DNA from: an uncultured Verrucomicrobiae bacterium
GTDB lineage: Bacteria; Verrucomicrobiota; Verrucomicrobiia; Chthoniobacterales; UBA10450
DNA: 64,000 nt
Assembly (NCBI GenBank): GCA_963815455.1
Contig: CAWFGO010000002.1
Location: forward strand, 224,001-288,000
Direction of reading: 5' to 3'
Shown: piece after piece, positions 30,276 to 39,435 of the stretch
Layout of the letters: every line of letters begins with the position of its first letter
Position numbering within the stretch: the first letter of the stretch is position 1
The notes under the pieces: model-generated
Seen by the model: the letters and a program-made list of their open reading frames with translations, nothing else
Told to the model about the DNA's origin: nothing
Database searches by the model: none
Program-made: the position numbers and the translations under genes

Positions 30276-31208
30276 TTTTGGAAGTGGAGGCGACTAATAT
30301 AATCAACCACAGCCTCTCGCCAAGCCCGGGGTGAGGCCCCCGTAATGCCGGCATATTTGGCCGTGGAAAGCACCGAATAAACCGGGCGACGCGCGACGAA
30401 GTTCTTCATATCGCGCAGTTTAAGCGGGCGCGACTTCCTTCGCTTTCAGCGCGACACCCTGCTCGCGGCAGCAATCGAGCGCCCATTGCCCATATTCCTG
30501 CCAACTGCATTCGCCGGCATTGGCGAAATGCAAAATGCGTGGCATCTGCATCTTGCCGATGATTTCCGGAACATCGGCTGGAAGCCGATGCCACGGAAAA
30601 AACCGAGGGAGCATCTCCGCAATGTCGCGCGTATAAGTCGGGGTGGCGAATTTATCCGCGATCGCATCGACATGCTCGCTTTCCCGAGCGCGCTTGATGA
30701 TTGCATCGACAAAACTCGGGCGATCCGGGCCGAAAACCCAGGAAACTCGGACGACGAGAGGCCCGGTAGTTGCCGGGAAGCTGTCAGCTTCCCCTACAGC
30801 CAGGACGTTCTTTTCGCCTTGCCGTTTCGATTCACCATAAACGCTGATCGGACGCGCCTCGTCCTCCTCGCTATACGGCTCGCGTTTTTCACCATCGAAA
30901 ACGTAATCCGTGCTGAAGTGGATCAGCTTCGCGTTCTTGTTTTGGCAAATTTCTGCAAGAAGGCGTGGCGCCTCCGCATTGATTCGAAAAGCTTCCTCGC
31001 GATGTGTTTCGCAATAGTCAACGTTGGTCAGCGCTGCTGTGTTGATGAGAAGCTCGAAATCAAGGGGCACGAGCAAATCGGCGATTTCCTTTTCATTCCC
31101 GAGATCGAGGTCGTCATGATCAAAGCCGACCAGGTCGAATTTGTCTCGATATTCGCGCATCAGCGCCGAGCCGAGCCGACCTCCCGCGCCGATGATTGCG
31201 ATTTTCAC
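30272..31208 (-). CDS. rfbD: dTDP-4-dehydrorhamnose reductase; frameshift near 30426
   Basis: GAGGRLG, STDYVFDG, YGESK, PTY; corrected C-terminus ARRPVYSVLS..PRAWREA. Confidence 0.93.
30538..30595. repeat. GTGG-ended REP-like inverted pair (family E) inside rfbD
   Basis: CGTGGCATCTGCATCTTGCCGATG...CATCGGCTGGAAGCCGATGCCACG; intergenic relatives at 48051-48101 and 43739-43762. Confidence 0.85.
30775..30798 (-). repeat. GTAG REP-like hairpin inside rfbD
   Basis: TGTAGGGGAAGCTGACAGCTTCCC. Confidence 0.7.
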
Positions 31209-31214
31209 CTTTGA

Positions 31215-31631
31215 TCAAACGCCCTGGACGCGAAAATTGGCGCTGCGCGCACCCAGGGCGAGCTGGGTATCGTGGGTAAGAAATGTCAGTTCAATTCCGT
31301 CGATCTCGGCCAGACGCAATGCCGTTGCCAGATGCAATGCGTCCAACGTGCCGAGCGGAGTCAGAAAAGACTGCGATGCCCGCTCCAAAATCAATCGACC
31401 AAGTGGAACGAAGTCCAGCGTATCAAAAATGGCGTGAGCCCGGCGTACAAACTCCGCCGCTTCCTGGTCCGCGACTGCGCCTTTCAATCGATTTCGGTCG
31501 ATCGTGCGCAAGACCTCGACGCGAAGCAATTCGCTGGCATAGGCCCGCTCCCATCGCCCCCAGGTTCCGAGCGAGCCGGCTTCTCGCTGAAGCTTCCGCA
31601 CCACCACCGACGAATCCAGATAGACCGTCAT
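31215..31631 (-). CDS. PIN-domain (VapC-like) toxin
   Basis: VYLDSS, E, LGTLDALHLATA, THD. Confidence 0.9.
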   Translation of the reverse strand: MTVYLDSSVVVRKLQREAGSLGTWGRWERAYASELLRVEVLRTIDRNRLKGAVADQEAAEFVRRAHAIFDTLDFVPLGRLILERASQSFLTPLGTLDALHLATALRLAEIDGIELTFLTHDTQLALGARSANFRVQGV

Positions 31632-31879
31632 CGCCGGCGTCGGTCGGCCAAAAGATCGGCCAGGAGATCGACCTGCAGATTCAACCCCTTAACTTTCTTC
31701 AGCGATGAGACCGGCTTTTTCGCGGGAATAATCTGCAAATCTGCCGAGTTTTTCTCGATCGGAACGATGCGCGCAATCGGATGTCGATGCGAAGTAATGG
31801 TGATCTCCTTTCCTTTCTTCACTGCGGCCAAATAAGCACTCAGTTTGCTTTTCAATGTGGCCACGCTAACCGATCCCAT
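31628..31879 (-). CDS. Phd/YefM-family antitoxin
   Basis: VSVATLKSKLSAYL..VK.G.EI.IT....PIARIVP. Confidence 0.9.
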   Translation of the reverse strand: MGSVSVATLKSKLSAYLAAVKKGKEITITSHRHPIARIVPIEKNSADLQIIPAKKPVSSLKKVKGLNLQVDLLADLLADRRRR

Positions 31880-31914
31880 GACCACATTATGACCATACTA
31901 TGACCATAAGTCAA
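31878..31914 (-). promoter_or_regulatory. Toxin-antitoxin promoter with three 11-bp-periodic operator repeats
   Basis: TTGACT-17 nt-CATAAT on the minus strand; ATGACCA at 31878, 31889 and 31900. Confidence 0.7.
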
Positions 31915-31950
31915 AGGTCGATCTCGCCTCGTGGCGGCTGGACCACAAAA

Positions 31951-34947
31951 TCACCGCGGCAGTTTCAAATCGCGAACGCGCGTGGTCCCTTCCGGAGCCG
32001 CCGGAATCGACGTGCCGACTTGCGATTTCACGATGGCAACATCTGACGCGTTGATCGTGCCGTTGGCGTTGACATCGTTCCGGAAATTCGAACCCGTCAC
32101 GCCTTGGCCTAATTGTGCTTTGGTCTGGCTCACATCGGAGGCGTTCACCGTGCCGTTGCCGCTGGTATCGCCCACCAAAATACTCATTTGCACGTTCACA
32201 TCACCGGTAGTGGTGCCGTCGCTTACTCCGGATAAAGTGACCGTGATGGTTTGCGCATTGGTTACACCCGTTAGGCTAACGCTCACCGCATTCGTTCCGT
32301 TCCCGCCACTACCGCTGACTGACCCCGCACCGGCAGTGACCGCTGCGTTGGTGAAAGTGACGGAAGTGAGGAACGTAAAGACAATCTGGTAATCATTAGT
32401 CCCGCCGCCGCTGCGGCATTCGATACCGGAACTACCAGCGAGCGGAAGGTCAATGTCGTGTGGAGTTCCGAGGTGCAGTTTTCTCGAGACAACCTGCGAA
32501 GGCGCGGGGGGCAATGTGATAAAGGCACTCCGCACGGATTCCGTGATACTTCCCGAGCCGTTTTCGTTTCCGCCATAATAGCCGCGAGCACGGATGTAAA
32601 TGTTCTGTCCGGTCGGAAGATTTAAACCGGTCAGGGTCCAATTGCTCCCATTCGCCATGCCGTTGCCTAGAGCGGTGTAGTTCACATTGTCCGGCGAATA
32701 CTCAAAGGTAACACGCGTGAACTGCGGGCTCGACCCGCCGCGGATCCAAGCGATGCTGGTTTGCATCACGTTCAGATTCTGTAGCGCGGCAGATTCATTA
32801 CTCAAGCGAGCGAAAATACTTCGAGGCTGTCCGCCGATGCTCGTGAAGTTGCCACCCGTCAAAATCTTTCCGTCCGCTTGCACGGCCACTGCATTAACCT
32901 GATTATTCGCGTTTGGGTTTAACGAATCAGCCGCGCCAGTAACGGCATCGAGGCGAGCGATGTGATTGCGCGCCTGACCGGTCATGGCGGTAAAAGCACC
33001 TCCCGCTAAAATCCTACCATCCGCCTGTAGCGCGATTGAAAGGACATAATCGCTCGCGGTTGGGTTGAACGAATCGGCCAACCCAGCGGTGGCATCAAGC
33101 CGCGCCAGGTAACTGCGTAGCTCGCCACCAATGATGAAGAACTTGCCTGCGGCTAGAATCTTGCCGTCTGGCTGCACGATGATTGAAAAGACCCAGTCGT
33201 TGGCATCAGGATTGAACGAATCAGCCTCGGCAGTAACACCATCAAGCCGAGCGATACGATTCCGCGGCTGTCCGCCGATGATGGTGAAAAGGCCGCCGGC
33301 AAGAATCTTGCCGTCCCCCTGCACGGCGATAGTCCAAACCCAATCGTTCGCGTTCGGGTCGAAAGAATCGGCCAAGCCAGTCGCAGCATCGAGCCGGGCG
33401 ATGAAACGGCGCGTCTGTCCGCCTATGCTGGTGAACTCTCCGCCCGCTAGAATCTTGCCGTCCGGCTGCAGGGCGATTGAACGGATCTCATCGTTCGGGT
33501 TCGGGTCGAACAAATCAGCCAGGCCGGTGGTGGCATCGAGCCGAGCGATTCGATTGCGCGGCTGTCCGCCGATGATGGTGAAACAACAACCGCCCACGAC
33601 AATCTTGCCATCCGGCTGCACCGCGATCGAATTGACCCAACCGTTCGCGTTCGGGTTGAAAGCAATGTCAACTGTACCGTCCCTATTCAGTCGAGCGATG
33701 TTGTTGCGCGCGACGCCCAACACGCTCGTAAAGCCGCCGCCGATAAGAACCTTGCCGTCAGGCTGAACGGCGATTGCGGCAAAATAGCCGCCGTTGATGA
33801 TGTTAACATTAAGCGTTTGATCCAGCCGGCCGTCGATTTCCAGCCGAGCGATTCGATTGCGACTTACCATCGCTCCCCCATTTGGCGCGAGTGTGGTGTA
33901 ATCACCTCCCACTAAAATCTTGCCGTCTGCCTGCACCGCGATTGAATAGACCCTGCTGCCGGCACTCGGGTCGAACGCATCAGGCAGGCCGGTCACGGCA
34001 TCGAGCCGGGCAATGCGGATGCGGGACTCTCCGCCGACCATGAAGAAATCGCCCCCCGCCAGAATTTTCCCATCGGCTTGCACCGCAATTGAAAGAACAC
34101 GTTGGTCCGCATTCGGGTCAAACGAATCAGCCAAGCCGGTGGTGGGGTCGAGCCTGGCGATATGATTGCGTGCTTGTCCACCAATGCTGGCGAAAAAGCC
34201 GCCCGCTAAAATTTTGTCATCCGCCTGCCTGGCAATCGCAAAGACCGAACTGTTAGCATTCGGATCGAACGAATCAGCCGATCCGGTCAGGGCATCGAGC
34301 CTGGCGATGTAGTTGCGTATTTGTCCACCGATGACCGTGAACTCGCCGCCTGCCAAAATCTTGCCATCCCGCTGGATCATAATTGAAAAGACCCGCCCGT
34401 TCGCATTCGGGTTGAATGCATCAGGGGATCCGGTCACTGCATCGAGTCTGGCAATGTAGTTGCGCTGCATTCCCCCGATGCCAGCCGGCCCATTGAACGC
34501 GCCGCCTGCCAGAATCTTGCCATCGGCCTGCAATGCGATCGCGAAAACAGTATCGCTTGCATCCGGATTGAAACCGGCGTCAAGCGTACCGTCCGGGTTT
34601 AGCCGGGCAATGCGGTTGCGCGGGATCGCCCCTGCCCTGTTCGGCGAGAACGCGGTAAAATCGCCCCCAATCAGAATTTTGCCATCGGTCTGCACCGCGA
34701 TTGCGCGGACAGTATCGTTGGTGCCTGCGTTGAAGGCGGCATCGAGCGTACCGTCCGGATTCAACCTGGCGATGTGATTGCGCGTAACCGCGACGCCGCC
34801 GTTAGGCGAGAGCGCGGTAAATGCGCCGCCAATCAGGGTCTTGCCATCCGGTTGAACGGCCACAACGCGAACCGCGCCATTTGCATTCGGATCGAAACCA
34901 TCGAGCGCCGATTGCCCGCACACCGCGGTCGCAGCGCTAGTCAGCAC
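31951..34947 (-). CDS. Secreted delta-60-repeat beta-propeller protein with C-terminal dockerin-like domain; true start uncertain
   Basis: About 14 repeats of IAVQ.DGKIL.GG.F...RN.IARL; C-terminal GDTSGNGTVNASD...DVNANGTINASD. Confidence 0.9.
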   Translation of the reverse strand: MLTSAATAVCGQSALDGFDPNANGAVRVVAVQPDGKTLIGGAFTALSPNGGVAVTRNHIARLNPDGTLDAAFNAGTNDTVRAIAVQTDGKILIGGDFTAFSPNRAGAIPRNRIARLNPDGTLDAGFNPDASDTVFAIALQADGKILAGGAFNGPAGIGGMQRNYIARLDAVTGSPDAFNPNANGRVFSIMIQRDGKILAGGEFTVIGGQIRNYIARLDALTGSADSFDPNANSSVFAIARQADDKILAGGFFASIGGQARNHIARLDPTTGLADSFDPNADQRVLSIAVQADGKILAGGDFFMVGGESRIRIARLDAVTGLPDAFDPSAGSRVYSIAVQADGKILVGGDYTTLAPNGGAMVSRNRIARLEIDGRLDQTLNVNIINGGYFAAIAVQPDGKVLIGGGFTSVLGVARNNIARLNRDGTVDIAFNPNANGWVNSIAVQPDGKIVVGGCCFTIIGGQPRNRIARLDATTGLADLFDPNPNDEIRSIALQPDGKILAGGEFTSIGGQTRRFIARLDAATGLADSFDPNANDWVWTIAVQGDGKILAGGLFTIIGGQPRNRIARLDGVTAEADSFNPDANDWVFSIIVQPDGKILAAGKFFIIGGELRSYLARLDATAGLADSFNPTASDYVLSIALQADGRILAGGAFTAMTGQARNHIARLDAVTGAADSLNPNANNQVNAVAVQADGKILTGGNFTSIGGQPRSIFARLSNESAALQNLNVMQTSIAWIRGGSSPQFTRVTFEYSPDNVNYTALGNGMANGSNWTLTGLNLPTGQNIYIRARGYYGGNENGSGSITESVRSAFITLPPAPSQVVSRKLHLGTPHDIDLPLAGSSGIECRSGGGTNDYQIVFTFLTSVTFTNAAVTAGAGSVSGSGGNGTNAVSVSLTGVTNAQTITVTLSGVSDGTTTGDVNVQMSILVGDTSGNGTVNASDVSQTKAQLGQGVTGSNFRNDVNANGTINASDVAIVKSQVGTSIPAAPEGTTRVRDLKLPR

Positions 34948-35127
34948 GGCAAGGCAAAACAGTGGCTGCAGGGCCCTCTTTGTACCTGTGGCTATTACTC
35001 TCGTAGACGTAGACTACGATTTTTTCGAAACTCCGTCGATTCAATTCGCTCAGTAGGCTCCGCGCGCTCGATCCTTTTGCGCAATGAAAAATCTGTTGCC
35101 TAACGCAAAGTGTAATTTTGTAATTTC

Positions 35128-36489
35128 CTAGGGCGAAAGAAACCGTATCCGATAAAATGCTTTGTCCAGCGCGATCGCGTTCGGATCCGGGACTGATTCG
35201 ATATCGTTGTCACTGGCGATGAAATCGTTGACGCCTGAAATGCTGTGCCAATCGGGATCGGTGATGTCGAGCTTGCGTTCGAGCCGGTACATTTTGCCGC
35301 TTACCACCTCGGCGCTGACAACGATGTCGTTACCATTCTGCGTAATCGATGTCGAGCCAATGAGTCCGCCATTGTATTCGAATGCACCAATGTCGTTGCG
35401 TCCGTTCCGAAAATAGCCGCGCTGATCACGCGCTGACGCAATCGCAATATTGCCGCCATCGACGGCAGGACTTTCGGGCAAAAGTGCAATCGTTTTCGTG
35501 GCACCACCGTTGTCCTGCAGTCCCGCAGGATCAAGCTTCAGGTCAGTGCTATGGCTATCTGTCGCGGAATTGAGCCAACCGTTACTGTCTCCATAGCTGA
35601 GATTATACCCGTCCGAAACAACCCCTCCGCCACTCGCCAGAGCATCGACATCGGCCAGAATTGTGTGTCCGATACGAAGGGAGCCGGTGTAGTGCCAGAT
35701 GTCATTTCCGCTACCTGCGTTATTTCCGCTCAGTGTGCAGCTTGCGATCGTCAGCGGCGCGTTGCCGTTGAAACCATTCTCCACAAAGCCGCCGCCATAG
35801 TAACTCGCGAAATTGTTACAGATGGTGCTGTTGGTAACAATCAGATTAGTAAGCCCGGTATTCACGGAGCCAAAATTATAGATGCCGCCGCCATAGTAAT
35901 TGGCGGTGTTCTGATAAATCGTGCTCTCGCTAACGAGTGATGTTGTAGTTCCAGTCGCTCCGTAGTTAAACAGGCCGCCGCCCTGAATGGCAAAATTCCC
36001 CGTAAGAGTGCAACGCTTTAAGCCAAGATTGCCCCGGTAATTCAAAATTCCGCCGCCGCCGCCGGTTATCACGAGCGTTCCGTCAACGTATCCATTGCTG
36101 ACCGTTAGTCCTGAAATCGTGACGTTAGCGTCCTCGCCAATACAAAGAATGCGAAACTTGGCAGCACTGGTACGTCGCACAACTGCCCCCCGGCCAGTGA
36201 TGCTCAGAGACCTCCCTCCATCTGGCCCGATTACCGGAAGTCCATTTTGTCCATTTTGCGAGTTATCGATCGCAGTAAGAACATAAGATCCATTCTCGGC
36301 TAGCTGAATGATGTCGTCCTCGCCGTTGCTGTTCGCCGTGATAATGGCGTTCTTTAACCCATCGACGTCTCCATCCGAAACAGTGAAAGTCGCGCTCCGC
36401 GTCGATTCAGTAAACACCCCACAGCTGAAAGCGATCAGCACCAATATTGCCCGAGAGGCGAAGGCACAAGGCGTAAAAGGACAGTGCAT
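35128..36489 (-). CDS. Secreted beta-helix protein with choice-of-anchor-Q-like tail
   Basis: GGGI/N.A..GGG repeats, L.DNGG.T.T.AL...SPAVD.G, DQRG..R...DIGAFE. Confidence 0.85.
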   Translation of the reverse strand: MHCPFTPCAFASRAILVLIAFSCGVFTESTRSATFTVSDGDVDGLKNAIITANSNGEDDIIQLAENGSYVLTAIDNSQNGQNGLPVIGPDGGRSLSITGRGAVVRRTSAAKFRILCIGEDANVTISGLTVSNGYVDGTLVITGGGGGILNYRGNLGLKRCTLTGNFAIQGGGLFNYGATGTTTSLVSESTIYQNTANYYGGGIYNFGSVNTGLTNLIVTNSTICNNFASYYGGGFVENGFNGNAPLTIASCTLSGNNAGSGNDIWHYTGSLRIGHTILADVDALASGGGVVSDGYNLSYGDSNGWLNSATDSHSTDLKLDPAGLQDNGGATKTIALLPESPAVDGGNIAIASARDQRGYFRNGRNDIGAFEYNGGLIGSTSITQNGNDIVVSAEVVSGKMYRLERKLDITDPDWHSISGVNDFIASDNDIESVPDPNAIALDKAFYRIRFLSP

Positions 36490-36586
36490 GAAGGTAGAAA
36501 AAGCAGGGGAATTTCTAACGATCTTAGTAAAAGGCCGGAAGATTTACCATGGTATTCAACCAGGTCAAGCACTCCACTCTACTGGT

Positions 36587-37576
36587 TCAATATCGCCCGG
36601 CGCGCTCGAGCAGTGGCTGCCACCAGCGCGGATTGTCGATGTACCACTGAATTGTTTCGGCGAGGCCTTCGGTGAAGCCTTTGCGCGGTTTCCATTTCAA
36701 TTCCTTTTGCGCAAACGACGAATCGATCGCGTAGCGGCGATCGTGGCCGAGACGATCGGTTACGAACGAAATCAAGCTCTCGGGTTTGCCGAGCTGTTTC
36801 AGGATCATTTTCACCAGATCGATGTTCACCATCTCGCTGTTCCCGCCAAAATTATAAACTGCGCCCGGTTTGCCTTCGAAAAGCACGGTGACAATTCCGG
36901 CGCAGTGATCGTCCACATGGATCCAATCGCGCACGTTCTTTCCGTCGCCGTAGACCGGCAGCGGCTCGTCGCGCAATGCCTTGATGATCATCAGCGGAAT
37001 CAATTTCTCGGGAAACTGGTATCGGCCGTAGTTATTCGAGCAACGGGTGACGATCACTTCCTGCCCATAAGTTTTGTGATAGCCGAGCGCGAGCAGATCG
37101 GCGCCGGCTTTGCTCGCAGAATAAGGCGAACTCGGGTCGAGTGGGCTTTGTTCGGTAAATTTCCCGGTCTTGCCCAGGGAGCCGTAAACTTCATCGGTCG
37201 AAACCTGTATGAATCGCTGGACGCCGTGTCGACGCGCAGCGTCGAGCAATACGCTGGTGCCAACCACATTGGTGTGAATAAAATTGAGCGGATCGTTAAT
37301 GCTCCGATCGACATGCGACTCGGCGGCAAAATTGATCACGGCATAAAACTGGTGCTCGGTCATGAGCGCGTCCATTTGATCGGCGTCGGCGATGTCGGCT
37401 TTGAAAAATTCGTAGCGCTCGCCATGTTCCTCGACCACGCCATCCAAATTGGCCAGATTACCTGCGTAAGTGAGGATATCGACGTTGGTCAAATACGCCG
37501 GCTTGTAATGTTGCAGAATATACCGAATAAAGTTGCTCCCGATGAATCCACAGCCACCGGTCACCAATATGCGCAC
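36587..37576 (-). CDS. rfbB: dTDP-glucose 4,6-dehydratase
   Basis: VTGGCGFIGSN, LTYAGN, AAESHVDRSI, STDEVYG, YSASK, RLGHDRRY. Confidence 0.96.
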   Translation of the reverse strand: MRILVTGGCGFIGSNFIRYILQHYKPAYLTNVDILTYAGNLANLDGVVEEHGERYEFFKADIADADQMDALMTEHQFYAVINFAAESHVDRSINDPLNFIHTNVVGTSVLLDAARRHGVQRFIQVSTDEVYGSLGKTGKFTEQSPLDPSSPYSASKAGADLLALGYHKTYGQEVIVTRCSNNYGRYQFPEKLIPLMIIKALRDEPLPVYGDGKNVRDWIHVDDHCAGIVTVLFEGKPGAVYNFGGNSEMVNIDLVKMILKQLGKPESLISFVTDRLGHDRRYAIDSSFAQKELKWKPRKGFTEGLAETIQWYIDNPRWWQPLLERAGRY

Positions 37577-37692
37577 AGTGCCAGATAACAGCGGCGCGGC
37601 AGGCGTCAAGCATCAGCCCTCACACGAAGGGCACAAAGGGGACAAAGGTTCACAGCGGATGAATTATCACACGCCGCTTGTGCGGTTTGTCC

Positions 37693-37821
37693 GGGGAGCG
37701 CACGCGCCTCGCGTGCTGGTTTCGGCGCCCTCGCCGAAACTCTTCAAGAAAACAATGCATCCGACAAAAGTTCCCGATCGCGAGGGCGCGATCGCCAGCA
37801 CGCGAGGCGCGTGCGCTCCCC
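37693..37821. repeat. MITE/REPIN-like element with perfect 27-bp terminal inverted repeats
   Basis: GGGGAGCGCACGCGCCTCGCGTGCTGG ... CCAGCACGCGAGGCGCGTGCGCTCCCC, with internal hairpins. Confidence 0.85.
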
Positions 37822-37825
37822 CATT

Positions 37826-39421
37826 GTGAGAGAAATTTTGACAACCGAAGCGAAACAGGAAGAAAGCGCGCTAGCGAATTTTCCGATGCTGCGCGATCAG
37901 CTCGGCGCGATCAAGGCGCGGCTGGCTGAGACCGGCTGGGTACCGTGGTTGATTCTCGCGGTCGCAATCTTTCTGCGTTTTTTTCTGCTCGACATTAAAC
38001 CGCCGCATTTCGACGAAGGGATAAACGGCTGGTTTGTCGATGCTCACATCATCAAGGACGGTTTCTACAAATACGACCCGACCAATTATCACGGTCCCCT
38101 GCATTTTTACGTTCTCTTTCTGTCCGAAACGTTATTCGGTCGGAGTCTGTGGGCGCTGCGACTGCCAGTGGTGCTGGTGAGTATCGTCTGCGTCTGGCTC
38201 TGCTTGAGATTCGAGCCGCTGGTTGGTCGAACGGCTAGCCGATTCGCCGCCATGGCCATGGCCGTTTCGCCCGGCTTTGTTTTCTACGGGCGCTACTCGA
38301 TCCATGAAGTCTGGCTCGTGCTTTTCTCGATGATGTTCGTCCTCGGACTACTCGGTCTCTGGAAATTTGGGACGAACAAATACCTCTGGTCCGCCGGCAT
38401 CGGGGTGGCCGGCATGATCCTGACCAAGGAGACATACATCATCCACATCGGGTGCGCCGCGCTGGCGATCCCGGTCTTGATGGTATCCAATGCGCTCAAT
38501 CCGCTGCCCGACGCCAAGCGAGCCAGGCAAACCTGGAACTATCTCGATCTTGCCATGGTGATAGCAGTCGGCGCTGCCGCAATTGTATTCTTTTATTCTG
38601 GAACATTTTTCCACTGGAGCGGCCTGAAAGGTTTGTATAAGGCCTACGAAGCCTGGTTTGCCACCGGACAGGAAGGGCACGGTCATGAAAAACCGTGGTA
38701 TTACTGGGTCGCGAAGCTGATGGTCCGCTACGAGTGGCCTGCTCTAGCCGGACTCGCTCTTTGTTTATTCTGCCAGGGTTTCAAAAATCTAAGCGTGCGC
38801 TATCTCGCCATTTACGGCGTCGGCACCCTGGCTGCCTACAGCATTGTTCATTACAAGACGCCGTGGTGCATCATCAGCATTATCTGGCCGTTCCTGTTCA
38901 TGTTCGGCGCTGCGTTCTTGATTATTCCTCCAATCTATCGCCGGGCCGCAAATATCATCGCGGCAATTCTATTGTGCGTCTCACTGGGATTGTCGATCCG
39001 GCTCAATTATTTCCGGTGCACCACCGACACCGAGCCGTACGTTTACGTCCAGACCTATAACAGCATTCGTAAGTTCACAGAGCCGCTGCTGGAAATGGCC
39101 CGGCGTAATCCGGCCAATTACCATCTGTCCGGCTCGATCATCCGCGGCAGCTCGTATCCGCTGCCGTGGATTCTGGGTGATTTTACGCGGATCGGTTATT
39201 ACGAGCACGGAAATGCGCCGGCAAAACTGGACGCCGATTTTCTTCTGGTCGAGGAAAGCCGGATTGGCGAAGTGGAAGCGAAATTGCACGATTCCTATTT
39301 CACCGACACGCTGAAAATCCGCGCCTACCAGGACACGTCGAAGGCGTATTTCCGGGCCAGTGTTTTCAAAGATCTTTTCCCCGGCCGCACGCCCGAATTG
39401 AAAGGCAAGAAATCCGGCTAA
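37826..39421 (+). CDS. GT-C/PMT-like membrane glycosyltransferase (TIGR03663/Agl23-like); start uncertain
   Basis: R.F.L..KP.HFDEG, YDPTNYHGP, AVSP...YGRY, TKET, YKTPW, PLPW.L. Confidence 0.8.
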   Translation: MREILTTEAKQEESALANFPMLRDQLGAIKARLAETGWVPWLILAVAIFLRFFLLDIKPPHFDEGINGWFVDAHIIKDGFYKYDPTNYHGPLHFYVLFLSETLFGRSLWALRLPVVLVSIVCVWLCLRFEPLVGRTASRFAAMAMAVSPGFVFYGRYSIHEVWLVLFSMMFVLGLLGLWKFGTNKYLWSAGIGVAGMILTKETYIIHIGCAALAIPVLMVSNALNPLPDAKRARQTWNYLDLAMVIAVGAAAIVFFYSGTFFHWSGLKGLYKAYEAWFATGQEGHGHEKPWYYWVAKLMVRYEWPALAGLALCLFCQGFKNLSVRYLAIYGVGTLAAYSIVHYKTPWCIISIIWPFLFMFGAAFLIIPPIYRRAANIIAAILLCVSLGLSIRLNYFRCTTDTEPYVYVQTYNSIRKFTEPLLEMARRNPANYHLSGSIIRGSSYPLPWILGDFTRIGYYEHGNAPAKLDADFLLVEESRIGEVEAKLHDSYFTDTLKIRAYQDTSKAYFRASVFKDLFPGRTPELKGKKSG

Positions 39422-39435
39422 CGAACCGCTCGGCA

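Noticed and set aside
31206..31918. 8-bp inverted repeat ACCTTTGA/TCAAAGGT around the toxin-antitoxin pair
   Set aside because: Too short, and one copy overlaps the -35 box; not evidence of a mobile unit.
32800..34900. Periodic DNA repeats suggesting a CRISPR or ncRNA array
   Set aside because: They are degenerate coding repeats of the delta-60 propeller, with no constant repeat and unique spacers.
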